A stretch of 64,000 bases of DNA from a candidate division FCPU426 bacterium (GTDB lineage: Bacteria > Oederibacteriota > JAAXVQ01 > JAUVAV01): the NCBI GenBank assembly GCA_030637655.1, contig DAOWGI010000004.1, forward strand, positions 1 to 64,000, written 5' to 3'. Below are positions 1 to 8,576 of the stretch, piece by piece. Under the pieces are notes generated by a model that worked only from the letters and a program-made list of their open reading frames with translations, did no database searches and was not told the origin of the DNA. Within the stretch, counting starts at the first letter, position 1; each line of letters opens with the position of its first letter. The position numbers and the translations under genes are program-made.

Positions 1-193
1 CTATGGGATGATGAATACCACCATAGGCAATCAAGCTACCAATTGTCTGCTGCCTTTAGGCCCGGCAGCATTTAATTTAAAACTCGGTAATACAGTTATC
101 TTCCATCAGCGCTGCCCGGAGATGACAGTAAGATTAATCGCTCATTTTGGACTTGCGTCAGCGAATAAAAGGTTGGTGGCTGATGGACGGTAA
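1..193 (+). CDS. 3' end of an upstream gene (partial), possibly the C-terminus of a beta-helix protein of an eCIS-type locus
   Basis: Frame is open from position 2 to TAA at 191-193 (YGMMNTTIGNQATNCLL...). The family guess rests on context and my recollection of a GNQATxC-like ending. Confidence 0.35.
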   Translation, partial: YGMMNTTIGNQATNCLLPLGPAAFNLKLGNTVIFHQRCPEMTVRLIAHFGLASANKRLVADGR

Positions 194-258
194 ATAAGAA
201 ATCAATAATTTATTGAGAAAAATAGTGGATTATACCTTTATAAAATGGAGGTCAAAAC

Positions 259-1344
259 ATGAGCGCCAGAGAAACTAAAAAGACTGTAACCAACGGTGAT
301 ATTGAAAATATTGATAAAGTATTATCCCGGGGTGATGGTTTTCGGAAAATGGGCTTGGCTCAAGTGCAGCAACTGCAGACTGTCAAAAGCCGGTCCCTGG
401 AGCGGGAAAAACAACGCTTAAGTGAAAAGCTGGGCGTTGATCATCCCAGGGTCAAAGCCATTGCCGCCCGGCTGGAATTTAATAATAATCGTATGTCGGT
501 TTTGAAAAAAGAAATCACCAAGCTGGATATCAAAGTTGCTGATGTTGACCGGAACACAGTCATGATCCATGGCCGGATACTGGATAAGCATCAACAACCG
601 CTGCCAGGATTAACCGCGGCCCTGGCTGATGAAAAGGGTAAATGGATCCGTGCCTATGGCTACAGCAGCAGTGATGAGAAAGGCTATTTTAGTATAAAAG
701 TTGCACCGGACCAAACAGAAAAAGAAGATGTTATTGAAACTGTTTATTTATTGGTAACTGATAGAGCGCAAAAAGTATTATATCTGGATAAAGCCGGCAT
801 TGTGCTGGATGTCGGCAGAATTCATTATAGAGAAGTGGTACTTAAAAAAATGATTGCGCCCACTCCGCCGGCTGGTGATCATGAAAATGTTATTCTTGAT
901 CCTGATGTCTGGAAAGTTGTAGGACGCCTACGCAACCGCAAACAGGAACCATTGCGTCAAGTAGAGGTCAGTCTATATGATAAAGATCAAAAATATGATG
1001 ATCTCCTGAAATCAACCACGACAAATGATCAGGGTGAATTTGAACTGATTTACCGAACGGAAGATTTTAAAGAAGGGGCCGATAGCTGGCCGGACTTATA
1101 CTTAAAAGTCATGGATAAAGACGGGCAGGTTTTGCATGAGACAAAAAAAGCCGCCCGTTTTAACGCGGGACGCGTGGAACAATATGATATTACCATTGCT
1201 ACTGCTGCTAAAACCGAAGAGCCGGCAGAAAAGAAAAAGGAGGTCAAACCAAAAGTTTCCTCTGAGCAGATAAAAAAAGCCAAGCCCCCAAAAAAGATTC
1301 CTGGGAGTGAGAAAAAAAATATCAAGAAGCGGCCCGGGAAGTAA
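259..1344 (+). CDS. Hypothetical protein: N-terminal coiled coil, two carboxypeptidase-regulatory/transthyretin-like beta-sandwich domains, Lys-rich tail
   Basis: GGAGG RBS. Two repeats of the pattern (V/I)xGRxxDxxQxPLxxxxxxLxDxD...xxxDxxGxFxI (HGRILDKHQQPL..SDEKGYFSI; VGRLRNRKQEPL..TNDQGEFEL..PDLYLKV). Confidence 0.65.
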   Translation: MSARETKKTVTNGDIENIDKVLSRGDGFRKMGLAQVQQLQTVKSRSLEREKQRLSEKLGVDHPRVKAIAARLEFNNNRMSVLKKEITKLDIKVADVDRNTVMIHGRILDKHQQPLPGLTAALADEKGKWIRAYGYSSSDEKGYFSIKVAPDQTEKEDVIETVYLLVTDRAQKVLYLDKAGIVLDVGRIHYREVVLKKMIAPTPPAGDHENVILDPDVWKVVGRLRNRKQEPLRQVEVSLYDKDQKYDDLLKSTTTNDQGEFELIYRTEDFKEGADSWPDLYLKVMDKDGQVLHETKKAARFNAGRVEQYDITIATAAKTEEPAEKKKEVKPKVSSEQIKKAKPPKKIPGSEKKNIKKRPGK

Positions 1345-1349
1345 TCGCG

Positions 1350-3032
1350 ATGAAAACGCGGGCCGGTCAGCATCAATGGCTTAAGCACGCCAAGTCCATC
1401 CAGCCGGCGCTGCAAAGAGCAAGCGCCGTTCTGCCTGCGCCCTTAAGCACATCTGATGGGATATCCAAAATCTGCTCCTGTGAAGGCGATTGTCCCACTT
1501 GTCTGCCAATACCAACCAAACATGTTATAGGCCAAGAAGGCGATCCTTATGAAAAAGCAGCGGATAGGACCGCTCAAGCGGTTTTAAGTAATCCCGGCAA
1601 CATTAAACCAAAGAACTCACCAACAAATCGTTTTATGCCTGCCTCACGATATCAGGGCCAGGGAACATCGATGGCTGCTAATGAACGGCAATATTTTGAA
1701 GATCGATTCAGGCAGGATTTTAGCCATATCCAAATTCATCGTGATGATTATGCCCGGCAATTAACCGCCGGCTTAGGCGCCCGGGCTTTTGCCTATGGTA
1801 ACCACCTGTATTTTAACAATAATGTTTATTCCCCCTTCACAGCTGAAGGGCGAAGGATTATTGCCCATGAATTGGCCCATACCAATCAGCAGACCCAAGC
1901 AGGACAAGCAAAAGCGCAATGCTGGCCGGCCTCAAATCATCAGACCATTACTAAAGAGGTGGTTAATGCCCACTTTGCCGGACAACTCAGTAGTGACGCA
2001 TTGTTAAAACTGGCTTTTTATGCCGGGCAGTTAGATCAGCGGGGATGTAATTATGTTTATTATGCCCAGGATTTTATTTTAGCCAAAACGCCGATTATCG
2101 GTCCAATCATCAAAAGTCCATCGATTCCTATTTTGTCGTTTTTCACCGCCAAACTAAGGAATTACGAAGCACCAAATCATGGAGAGGCCAACTTATACAA
2201 ATATCCTGGTACTAAAACTGAAGAGAACAGGCAACGCATGATTGAGCATCTGGAAAAAGCCAAAAGCATGATCTCTAAAAACGGGCTTACCAAACAGGCC
2301 ATGGTGTATTGGGGCATGGCCTTACATGCTGGTCAGGACCGGGGGTCCCATCAGGAAGGCAGCAAAGGCAAAGGCCATGATCGTAAAAAGGATGATGCCG
2401 GCAATCCCTGGAATTGTGATAGTCCCAAAGATAATTCCGGAGGTTATATTGTTGCTAAAAATCATACCAAGACCTTAATCAGCAATATGTTGAGAGCCCT
2501 GAGTCCAACGCACCTGTCGGCATTAAAAACTGTGAACTTCGGTAGCCTGGCCGGTCAACCGGGTCCGCAGGTGGGCACCTTACCAACACCGGCTAGTCCG
2601 GGTATTCCAAAAGACCACACCTCAAGACGGCTGATGTACCTGACTATCATGAAACGCATGATTTATGGCAAGGATGATATGCCTAAACGATTATTTGGTA
2701 TGATGCCCTTAATGACCAAAGTGGGCTTAAGCATCAGCGGCAGGCATAAAAAAATGCTGACCGTTGAGCCCCAGATTGGTCTTCGGGTGATGAAGCCAAC
2801 ACCATTATCCTATCTTGATGTCTTTACCGGACCAGCAGTCGGTGTTGGCCTGGATCAAAAAAAAGGAGCCTTTGGCTGGGCTCTGTCCGCGCAACTGGGC
2901 TTGATCGGCGAACAGGATGATCTTAATCTAATGCTCAATCAATCCTGGACAACAGCCGGCAGTACCACAGTGATAGGCTTTGGCGGAACCTTTGATGAAG
3001 TCAAACTCATTGAAAAAATATTCGGGAGGTGA
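1350..3032 (+). CDS. DUF4157 (eCIS core domain) protein with Zn-dependent phospholipase C/S1-P1 nuclease-like cargo and beta-rich C-terminus
   Basis: CSCEGDCPTC leader; DPYEKAAD; FEDRFRQDFSHIQIH..ARAFAYGNHLYF..GRRIIAHELAH; then W-x4-H (WPASNH), LD, NH and GMALHAGQDRGSH metal-binding motifs. Confidence 0.8.
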   Translation: MKTRAGQHQWLKHAKSIQPALQRASAVLPAPLSTSDGISKICSCEGDCPTCLPIPTKHVIGQEGDPYEKAADRTAQAVLSNPGNIKPKNSPTNRFMPASRYQGQGTSMAANERQYFEDRFRQDFSHIQIHRDDYARQLTAGLGARAFAYGNHLYFNNNVYSPFTAEGRRIIAHELAHTNQQTQAGQAKAQCWPASNHQTITKEVVNAHFAGQLSSDALLKLAFYAGQLDQRGCNYVYYAQDFILAKTPIIGPIIKSPSIPILSFFTAKLRNYEAPNHGEANLYKYPGTKTEENRQRMIEHLEKAKSMISKNGLTKQAMVYWGMALHAGQDRGSHQEGSKGKGHDRKKDDAGNPWNCDSPKDNSGGYIVAKNHTKTLISNMLRALSPTHLSALKTVNFGSLAGQPGPQVGTLPTPASPGIPKDHTSRRLMYLTIMKRMIYGKDDMPKRLFGMMPLMTKVGLSISGRHKKMLTVEPQIGLRVMKPTPLSYLDVFTGPAVGVGLDQKKGAFGWALSAQLGLIGEQDDLNLMLNQSWTTAGSTTVIGFGGTFDEVKLIEKIFGR

Positions 3033-3035
3033 TTC

Positions 3036-3401
3036 ATGAAAATACGAGTACTTGAAAAACAAGCTGACAGCAAAACATCGGCTCATCACTTTCAGCCTCA
3101 GGAGAAAACAGCTTCTCCGGTCATGGAAATGATGAGTCCACCATCTCCAGATTGCCTCTATGAAAGCGATTATCCCACTTCTCTGCCAGCGCAAGCCAAG
3201 CTACAGGTTGGTCAAGCGAATGATCGCTATGAACAGGAAGCTGACCAGGTCGCTGAGTCAATCGTTGGAAACACCCACACCCAATCTGTAACACCAACCA
3301 ATAGTATATCCGCGCCGCTTATCCAAAGACAAGCGGAAGATGAGGAAGCACCATTTCCGGAAGAAGAAGAGGAGGAAGAAGAAGAGCCAGCAGAGGGGTA
3401 A
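3036..3401 (+). CDS. Truncated/degenerate DUF4157-family leader (no DUF4157 core, no cargo); possible pseudogene
   Basis: CLYESDYPTSLP aligns with CxCxGDCPTCLP of the neighbours; LQVGQANDRYEQEADQVAE; PLIQRQ followed by poly-Glu; ends at tandem TAA TAG. Confidence 0.65.
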   Translation: MKIRVLEKQADSKTSAHHFQPQEKTASPVMEMMSPPSPDCLYESDYPTSLPAQAKLQVGQANDRYEQEADQVAESIVGNTHTQSVTPTNSISAPLIQRQAEDEEAPFPEEEEEEEEEPAEG

Positions 3402-3456
3402 TAGGAAAATAAACAGCTGCTACTTTTGAAATAAAAAAATAGGCGGCCAATATAAA

Positions 3457-4743
3457 ATGAAAACAAAAGCTATTGATAATAAAAAGAGCAGTCAGCCGGA
3501 GGTTAAGAACCCGGAAGTCCAAAATACCGGGCCGGCCACGACCCTGGACATGAATAGTGGCTTGGCTAAAATATGTCCCTGCGAGGGGTCGTGTCCCCGC
3601 TGTTCATCCCTACAGACAAAAATTAAAAGTGGATCATCTAATGATTACCATGAGAAAGAGCAACTTTCCAGGTACGTGCCGGCCTACCCCAACAGTTCCG
3701 GAACAGACAAGCAACCCAGGCAGGGGTCATTTCAAGCAGTTCCGATGGGCAAAGAAAATAATAATGCTTTTTATAACGCTCTACGCGGAACGGGTATGGC
3801 GTTGACTGAAAAAGAACGGGAACAATTTGAACCACGCTTTGGGACGGATTTTAAAAATGTGCGCCTGCACAATTCACTCCGGGCGTATAAATTAGCCGAC
3901 CAAATTCACGCGCGGGCATTTACCTATAAAAACAACATTGTATTTAACCGTGGAGAATATAATACAACGTCCTATGCCGGACAAAAACTATTGGCTCATG
4001 AATTAACCCATGTTATTCAGCAAACCAATGCCGCTAATATAATGCCGGAAAAAATCAGTAGTGTTGCCGGAAACCAACAAGTAATACAGCGCGAATTTGA
4101 TCGTACCCGGTTACAAACCTACTTAAATGAAACCTATAATAGCTCAGTCATTGAAAGCCGCAGGGAATATGCCATTACCCAGTTGTTGGATCATAAGAAC
4201 GATGTACTAAGTGCTTGCCGTCAGCATGGTGTTGATAAACCTTCTTTTCCAGCTGCTGTGATTTGGCAGGAATTATATTTTAGAGGTGCTGATTTAACCA
4301 GCGGGGCACAAGATGTTTGGTCTGTATTTGGTCCCCTTGGCGGGGGTAATTGGTCATTAGGCCTTGCCCAGGTTCGACCAAGTACTGCGGCCCAGGTGAT
4401 AGGTGATATCCCGTTTAGGCCGCGATCGGAAATGGCCACGACGCAGGAAGAATATGAGGAATTACCCTGGAATTTAAGAGCAGCCTACCGTGCGTTGCTT
4501 GCCTATGATGTTAACTATAATGTTTATATTGCGGTTGGCTATTTAAAATTATTAAAGGAACGCCGCTATGGCACCAGCAGCTGGACCTCTTTAAGTGAGC
4601 CTCAATTGGAGTTGATAGCATCAGAATATAGTCATGGACCCTATCCCATGCGCCATACCACACCTAATCATAACGGAAGACAAGCCATGACGATTTGGTG
4701 GGGCGGCTGGTTCGGGACAAGTTGTGTTCAGGCAGAGTTTTAA
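3457..4743 (+). CDS. DUF4157 protein with lysozyme/lytic-transglycosylase-like cargo
   Basis: CPCEGSCPRC leader; FEPRFGTDFKNVRLH..ARAFTYKNNIVF..LLAHELTHVIQQ; after VIQR: AAVIWQE (putative catalytic Glu), SLGLAQV (GLxQ motif), YNVYIAVGYL. Confidence 0.8.
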   Translation: MKTKAIDNKKSSQPEVKNPEVQNTGPATTLDMNSGLAKICPCEGSCPRCSSLQTKIKSGSSNDYHEKEQLSRYVPAYPNSSGTDKQPRQGSFQAVPMGKENNNAFYNALRGTGMALTEKEREQFEPRFGTDFKNVRLHNSLRAYKLADQIHARAFTYKNNIVFNRGEYNTTSYAGQKLLAHELTHVIQQTNAANIMPEKISSVAGNQQVIQREFDRTRLQTYLNETYNSSVIESRREYAITQLLDHKNDVLSACRQHGVDKPSFPAAVIWQELYFRGADLTSGAQDVWSVFGPLGGGNWSLGLAQVRPSTAAQVIGDIPFRPRSEMATTQEEYEELPWNLRAAYRALLAYDVNYNVYIAVGYLKLLKERRYGTSSWTSLSEPQLELIASEYSHGPYPMRHTTPNHNGRQAMTIWWGGWFGTSCVQAEF

Positions 4744-4764
4744 AACTATTTAAAAGGTGCATCC

Positions 4765-6762
4765 ATGAAAATAAGACAAAGCCATAATCCATATCATTTA
4801 CACAAAACCATGTTTAACCCTAACCAGGGGAACCATGGACAGCATCAGGTTGCCGGCCCTTTGACTGACTTATGGGGAAGCCAAAGATATGACTGTCCTT
4901 GCGAAGGCACTTGTCCTAAATGTTTACCACTTCAAATGAAAGAAAAAAATAACACCAGGAATAATCATTTGGAAATGGAAGCCGATCATCTGGCCGCGCA
5001 ATGGACACAAGGAGAACGATCAAATTTACTAAGCACTATAGGCAACCAAGTCCATATTCATCATGATGCAACCGCTCATCAGGCCGCAGAAGGTATGCAT
5101 GCCAGAGCCTTCACCAGGGGTAAGCATATCTATTTCAATCACGGTGAATATAATCCCGGAACACCTAAAGGCCAGCAGTTGCTTGCTCATGAAATGGCCC
5201 ATGTTCATCAACAGGCAAAGCAAAAAACACCGGCCATCCAAAAAAATGACAAAGGCACAAAAAAAGAAGCCGCCCCGAATGTCACCACACTAGTGCCCTG
5301 GTCAGTGGGAACATCTGTATATTTTGATTTATTGGTTGATACATTCAGCGGACAAGTAACCGAACGTGATGTGATTAAAGATCGAATTGGCCTCAACATA
5401 TCTTTACCGGTTAAGCTGGAATTAAACTTAAATACTGATAAAGCCACTGGTACTCAGACAGTGGGCATGACACCTTATTTAAAGGTTAATAAGCAATTTG
5501 TCAAAATACCTGTTCCCGGCAATAGTTTGCCCACAATAACCTTATCAACAGGTTCTAAAGGCGAAGTCATGATTAATGGATTTAATGTGAAAAAAAATCC
5601 CAAAGGACTTATGCTCACAAAAAAAGTGACTATTCCCTGGCCTGGAAAAGATAAAGAAATAGAAATAACAGTAGGTACTATTGAAGGTATGACCACACCG
5701 GCTGCCACCACAAAATCAGGTCATTTAAAAGCACCTCAAGGTGGGTTCACTTCATTAAGACAACTGCTTCCTTTTATTATGGGCAGTCAAATCAAACTAA
5801 GTGCGCTGCTCTATGGTGAACAAACCTTTACCATAAGTCCTGGCAAAGGTGGGCAAGGATTGGCTTTAAGCGGCAAGTTGACGCTTAATATTGTATTAAA
5901 AGGAAGTGCTCATGATATTAAAGCGGATGTTTCTTTAAAACTTGGAACTAAGGAAGAGAATCCTGCAATCCCGATAGAGCAAAACGTTGTGCTTCCAATA
6001 ACCAAAACAAGCAAAGGCATTACCTTTACGTTACCGGGATTCAATAAAAAAATAGAATTGGTTCCAACCACCAAAGCCCTGAAAATGTTCGCCGGACCTT
6101 TGCAAGTCGGTGCATTGTCACCAGTTAGAAAAAGTTTCCCCGGCACACCACCATGGGTACCGAAGCCCATAACACCACCGCTTTACAGTCCCTTAAGTAT
6201 ACCCGGCAGGACAAGCATGCCTTTAGGTGGATTAAGATTTGAAGTAGACAACATGTTTTTAATGCGATCAATGATGAACGATTTACTTAGTCCCAATTCA
6301 ACCATTCTCTCAATGCTTCCAGGCAAAGATTGGAAAAAAGGATTAACAGCCACAGGAAAGCAATTGCGGCAAGCCAGTGAACATTTTGAAACTGATATGA
6401 CGGCGCTTATGTTAAATGGTGTCAAACGGTATCTTTCAATCAAACATGGATTCCAAACAAATGCGTCTTCAACCGGTCAAAAAGCATGGCTGGCACCTTC
6501 CATAGGCATAAGCGGCAACTTGCCGTTTAAACAATTAAAACTGTTTTTTTATGCAGGGGCCGGGCTGCCGATAGGAATGCATCATATTGGTAAAAAAACT
6601 GAGAAAGCCTTGAACTTGAGTTTATATACTGATGTGGCGTTATCCGGAACAGAGGATGAATGGTCAACAGCTATACGTTATCAAGTCGGCACAGGTGACG
6701 TACCTCATGCCGGTTTTTTAATGTTTGATTTCGCATTTGATGAAAGCCAATGGTTTAAATAA
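4765..6762 (+). CDS. DUF4157 protein with a large uncharacterised beta-rich C-terminal region
   Basis: CPCEGTCPKC leader; LEMEAD; VHIHHD..ARAFTRGKHIYF..LLAHEMAHVHQQ; after AIQK about 500 aa rich in T/K/G/P with alternating-hydrophobic strands. Confidence 0.8.
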   Translation: MKIRQSHNPYHLHKTMFNPNQGNHGQHQVAGPLTDLWGSQRYDCPCEGTCPKCLPLQMKEKNNTRNNHLEMEADHLAAQWTQGERSNLLSTIGNQVHIHHDATAHQAAEGMHARAFTRGKHIYFNHGEYNPGTPKGQQLLAHEMAHVHQQAKQKTPAIQKNDKGTKKEAAPNVTTLVPWSVGTSVYFDLLVDTFSGQVTERDVIKDRIGLNISLPVKLELNLNTDKATGTQTVGMTPYLKVNKQFVKIPVPGNSLPTITLSTGSKGEVMINGFNVKKNPKGLMLTKKVTIPWPGKDKEIEITVGTIEGMTTPAATTKSGHLKAPQGGFTSLRQLLPFIMGSQIKLSALLYGEQTFTISPGKGGQGLALSGKLTLNIVLKGSAHDIKADVSLKLGTKEENPAIPIEQNVVLPITKTSKGITFTLPGFNKKIELVPTTKALKMFAGPLQVGALSPVRKSFPGTPPWVPKPITPPLYSPLSIPGRTSMPLGGLRFEVDNMFLMRSMMNDLLSPNSTILSMLPGKDWKKGLTATGKQLRQASEHFETDMTALMLNGVKRYLSIKHGFQTNASSTGQKAWLAPSIGISGNLPFKQLKLFFYAGAGLPIGMHHIGKKTEKALNLSLYTDVALSGTEDEWSTAIRYQVGTGDVPHAGFLMFDFAFDESQWFK

Positions 6763-6855
6763 TATGAATAAATAACATGCCGTGCATAATGAGGCGCATA
6801 ATTTTTATATACTCAAGAAGAATGTGAGCACTAGCTCAGTGGAGGACCTAACCCT

Positions 6856-8337
6856 ATGCGCATTAAAATGGTTGCTCCAAACAAAGTTGCACCTAACGCT
6901 ATTGTTCAAAAAAATTCCTCCGTGTCCCTACAGCCCAATCAAACAGGATTAGCGCAAGATAAGCGAGTTGAACAATGCCTCTGTGATGGTCATTGTCCAC
7001 GATGTTTACCGCTACAACCAAAACGAAAAAATGAGAATCCTGGAAATGTTCCTGTCACCACTGCTGATCTAAACGTCCTAAAGCAAGGCGGAAATCCATT
7101 ACCAAAATCAGAGCAACAATTTTTTGAATCGCGTTTTGGACATGATTTTAGTGGGGTAAGAATTCACTCTGGGGCTCAGGCCAATCAGTTGGCTGAACAA
7201 TACAATGCCAAGGCCTTGACAAGTGGTAAGAATATTGTATTTAATGCCAGGGCTTATTCTCCTGGGACCAAAGCAGGCCAACGCTTGCTGGCCCATGAGT
7301 TGACTCATGTACTCCAGCAACGATCCGGGAAAAACACGCCTGAGTTGCAATGCAAATACCAATTGGAAAAAGATTTATATGACTTTGTCCAGGACCAACC
7401 ACGTTTGGCTTCCAGTAAAATAGGTTCCAGTCCGGACACATTTTATTATCCCAGCAAATATAAAAAAAACACGAAGAAAACCGCTTTTGTGGTCGCGGGG
7501 ATTCACGGCAATGAAAAGAGTGCCTGGAAATTAGGCAAGCGCGCCCAATCCAATTTGCAAGCTGGTACACCGAAACCGGATTTTCACACGATTATTATTC
7601 CGCGGGCTAACCCCACAACACAACGTTCAGCCGGAAAAGGACTTGCCTATGAAAGCGACCTTAATCGGGCGTTTGGAACCGGTTACACCAGCCCCAATCC
7701 CTATGCCGCTACCATAACCAATGTGGTCAAAGAGTTTGATCCTGAGCAGGTACTTAGCATCCATAGTATTAGCAGTTCCCAAAAGGTTGGAATTTATTTG
7801 GACCCAATTCATGCCCGTAAAAAAATGACGCCAGCCGCAATAAAAGCACTGCTGCCAAAGAACAAGGATATTAAAAAGCTATATAAGCTGCTAAAAAATA
7901 AATTGCGGGCCAAGAAAATGAATCCAAATTTAATCTGGGACCTCATGATTGACCGCTTATCTTATCCCGACATCACAACACCTTTTTTTAAAGAAATCGC
8001 CTATATTTTTAAGGATGAAAACAAAGCTGCCATGGAACTGACAGAAAAAATGATTACTGCGGTAAATCCTGCCGCGACCACAACCTTGACCCCTGGAAAT
8101 AAACCCAGCAAAGCGTTTCCGACACCACTTTATCCGGATATTTCCAAATCCGCTGCTTATAATTTATTATATCCGCAGCAACAGCAGGTCCAAAAAAAAT
8201 CAATTAGTTTAGGTGAATGGCTTTCCGGTCATGGAAAGACAGTGGTAACAATGGAATTACCCCAGTGGCAGGGGTCAAAAACCTGGGCAAAGATATTGCC
8301 TTTTTTAAAAGCCATTTGGAGGTTTCTTAAATTTTAA
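6856..8337 (+). CDS. DUF4157 protein with M14 metallocarboxypeptidase (MpaA/AstE-like) cargo
   Basis: GGAGG RBS; CLCDGHCPRC leader; FESRFGHDFSGVRIH..LLAHELTHVLQQ; then AGIHGNE (HxxE), ANP, DLNRAF, SIHS and TMELP, the M14 signature order. Confidence 0.85.
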   Translation: MRIKMVAPNKVAPNAIVQKNSSVSLQPNQTGLAQDKRVEQCLCDGHCPRCLPLQPKRKNENPGNVPVTTADLNVLKQGGNPLPKSEQQFFESRFGHDFSGVRIHSGAQANQLAEQYNAKALTSGKNIVFNARAYSPGTKAGQRLLAHELTHVLQQRSGKNTPELQCKYQLEKDLYDFVQDQPRLASSKIGSSPDTFYYPSKYKKNTKKTAFVVAGIHGNEKSAWKLGKRAQSNLQAGTPKPDFHTIIIPRANPTTQRSAGKGLAYESDLNRAFGTGYTSPNPYAATITNVVKEFDPEQVLSIHSISSSQKVGIYLDPIHARKKMTPAAIKALLPKNKDIKKLYKLLKNKLRAKKMNPNLIWDLMIDRLSYPDITTPFFKEIAYIFKDENKAAMELTEKMITAVNPAATTTLTPGNKPSKAFPTPLYPDISKSAAYNLLYPQQQQVQKKSISLGEWLSGHGKTVVTMELPQWQGSKTWAKILPFLKAIWRFLKF

Positions 8338-8576
8338 CTGGGAAAAAGGTGCCAAGCACAAATGACTTTGAATTTTATGTTCAGGCTTGATTATAAAGAA
8401 TATTCCGGTTTGAGGTCGCATTTTGCGACCACCTCTATAAGCTTAAATTTTCAGCGGCTGTCAAGGCATTGCTTTACAGAAAGCCATAAAAGCGGTACAA
8501 TCTACGCTTCATTCAGTGCAAAAGATCAATAGGCACACACTATGGGCTTGACGTTAGGTAGTGTTTTAAAGAAGAG

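Noticed and set aside
3401-6856. Immunity genes between the DUF4157 effectors
   Set aside because: Intergenic gaps are only about 3-95 bp, and the one small ORF is a leader paralogue rather than an immunity-type protein.
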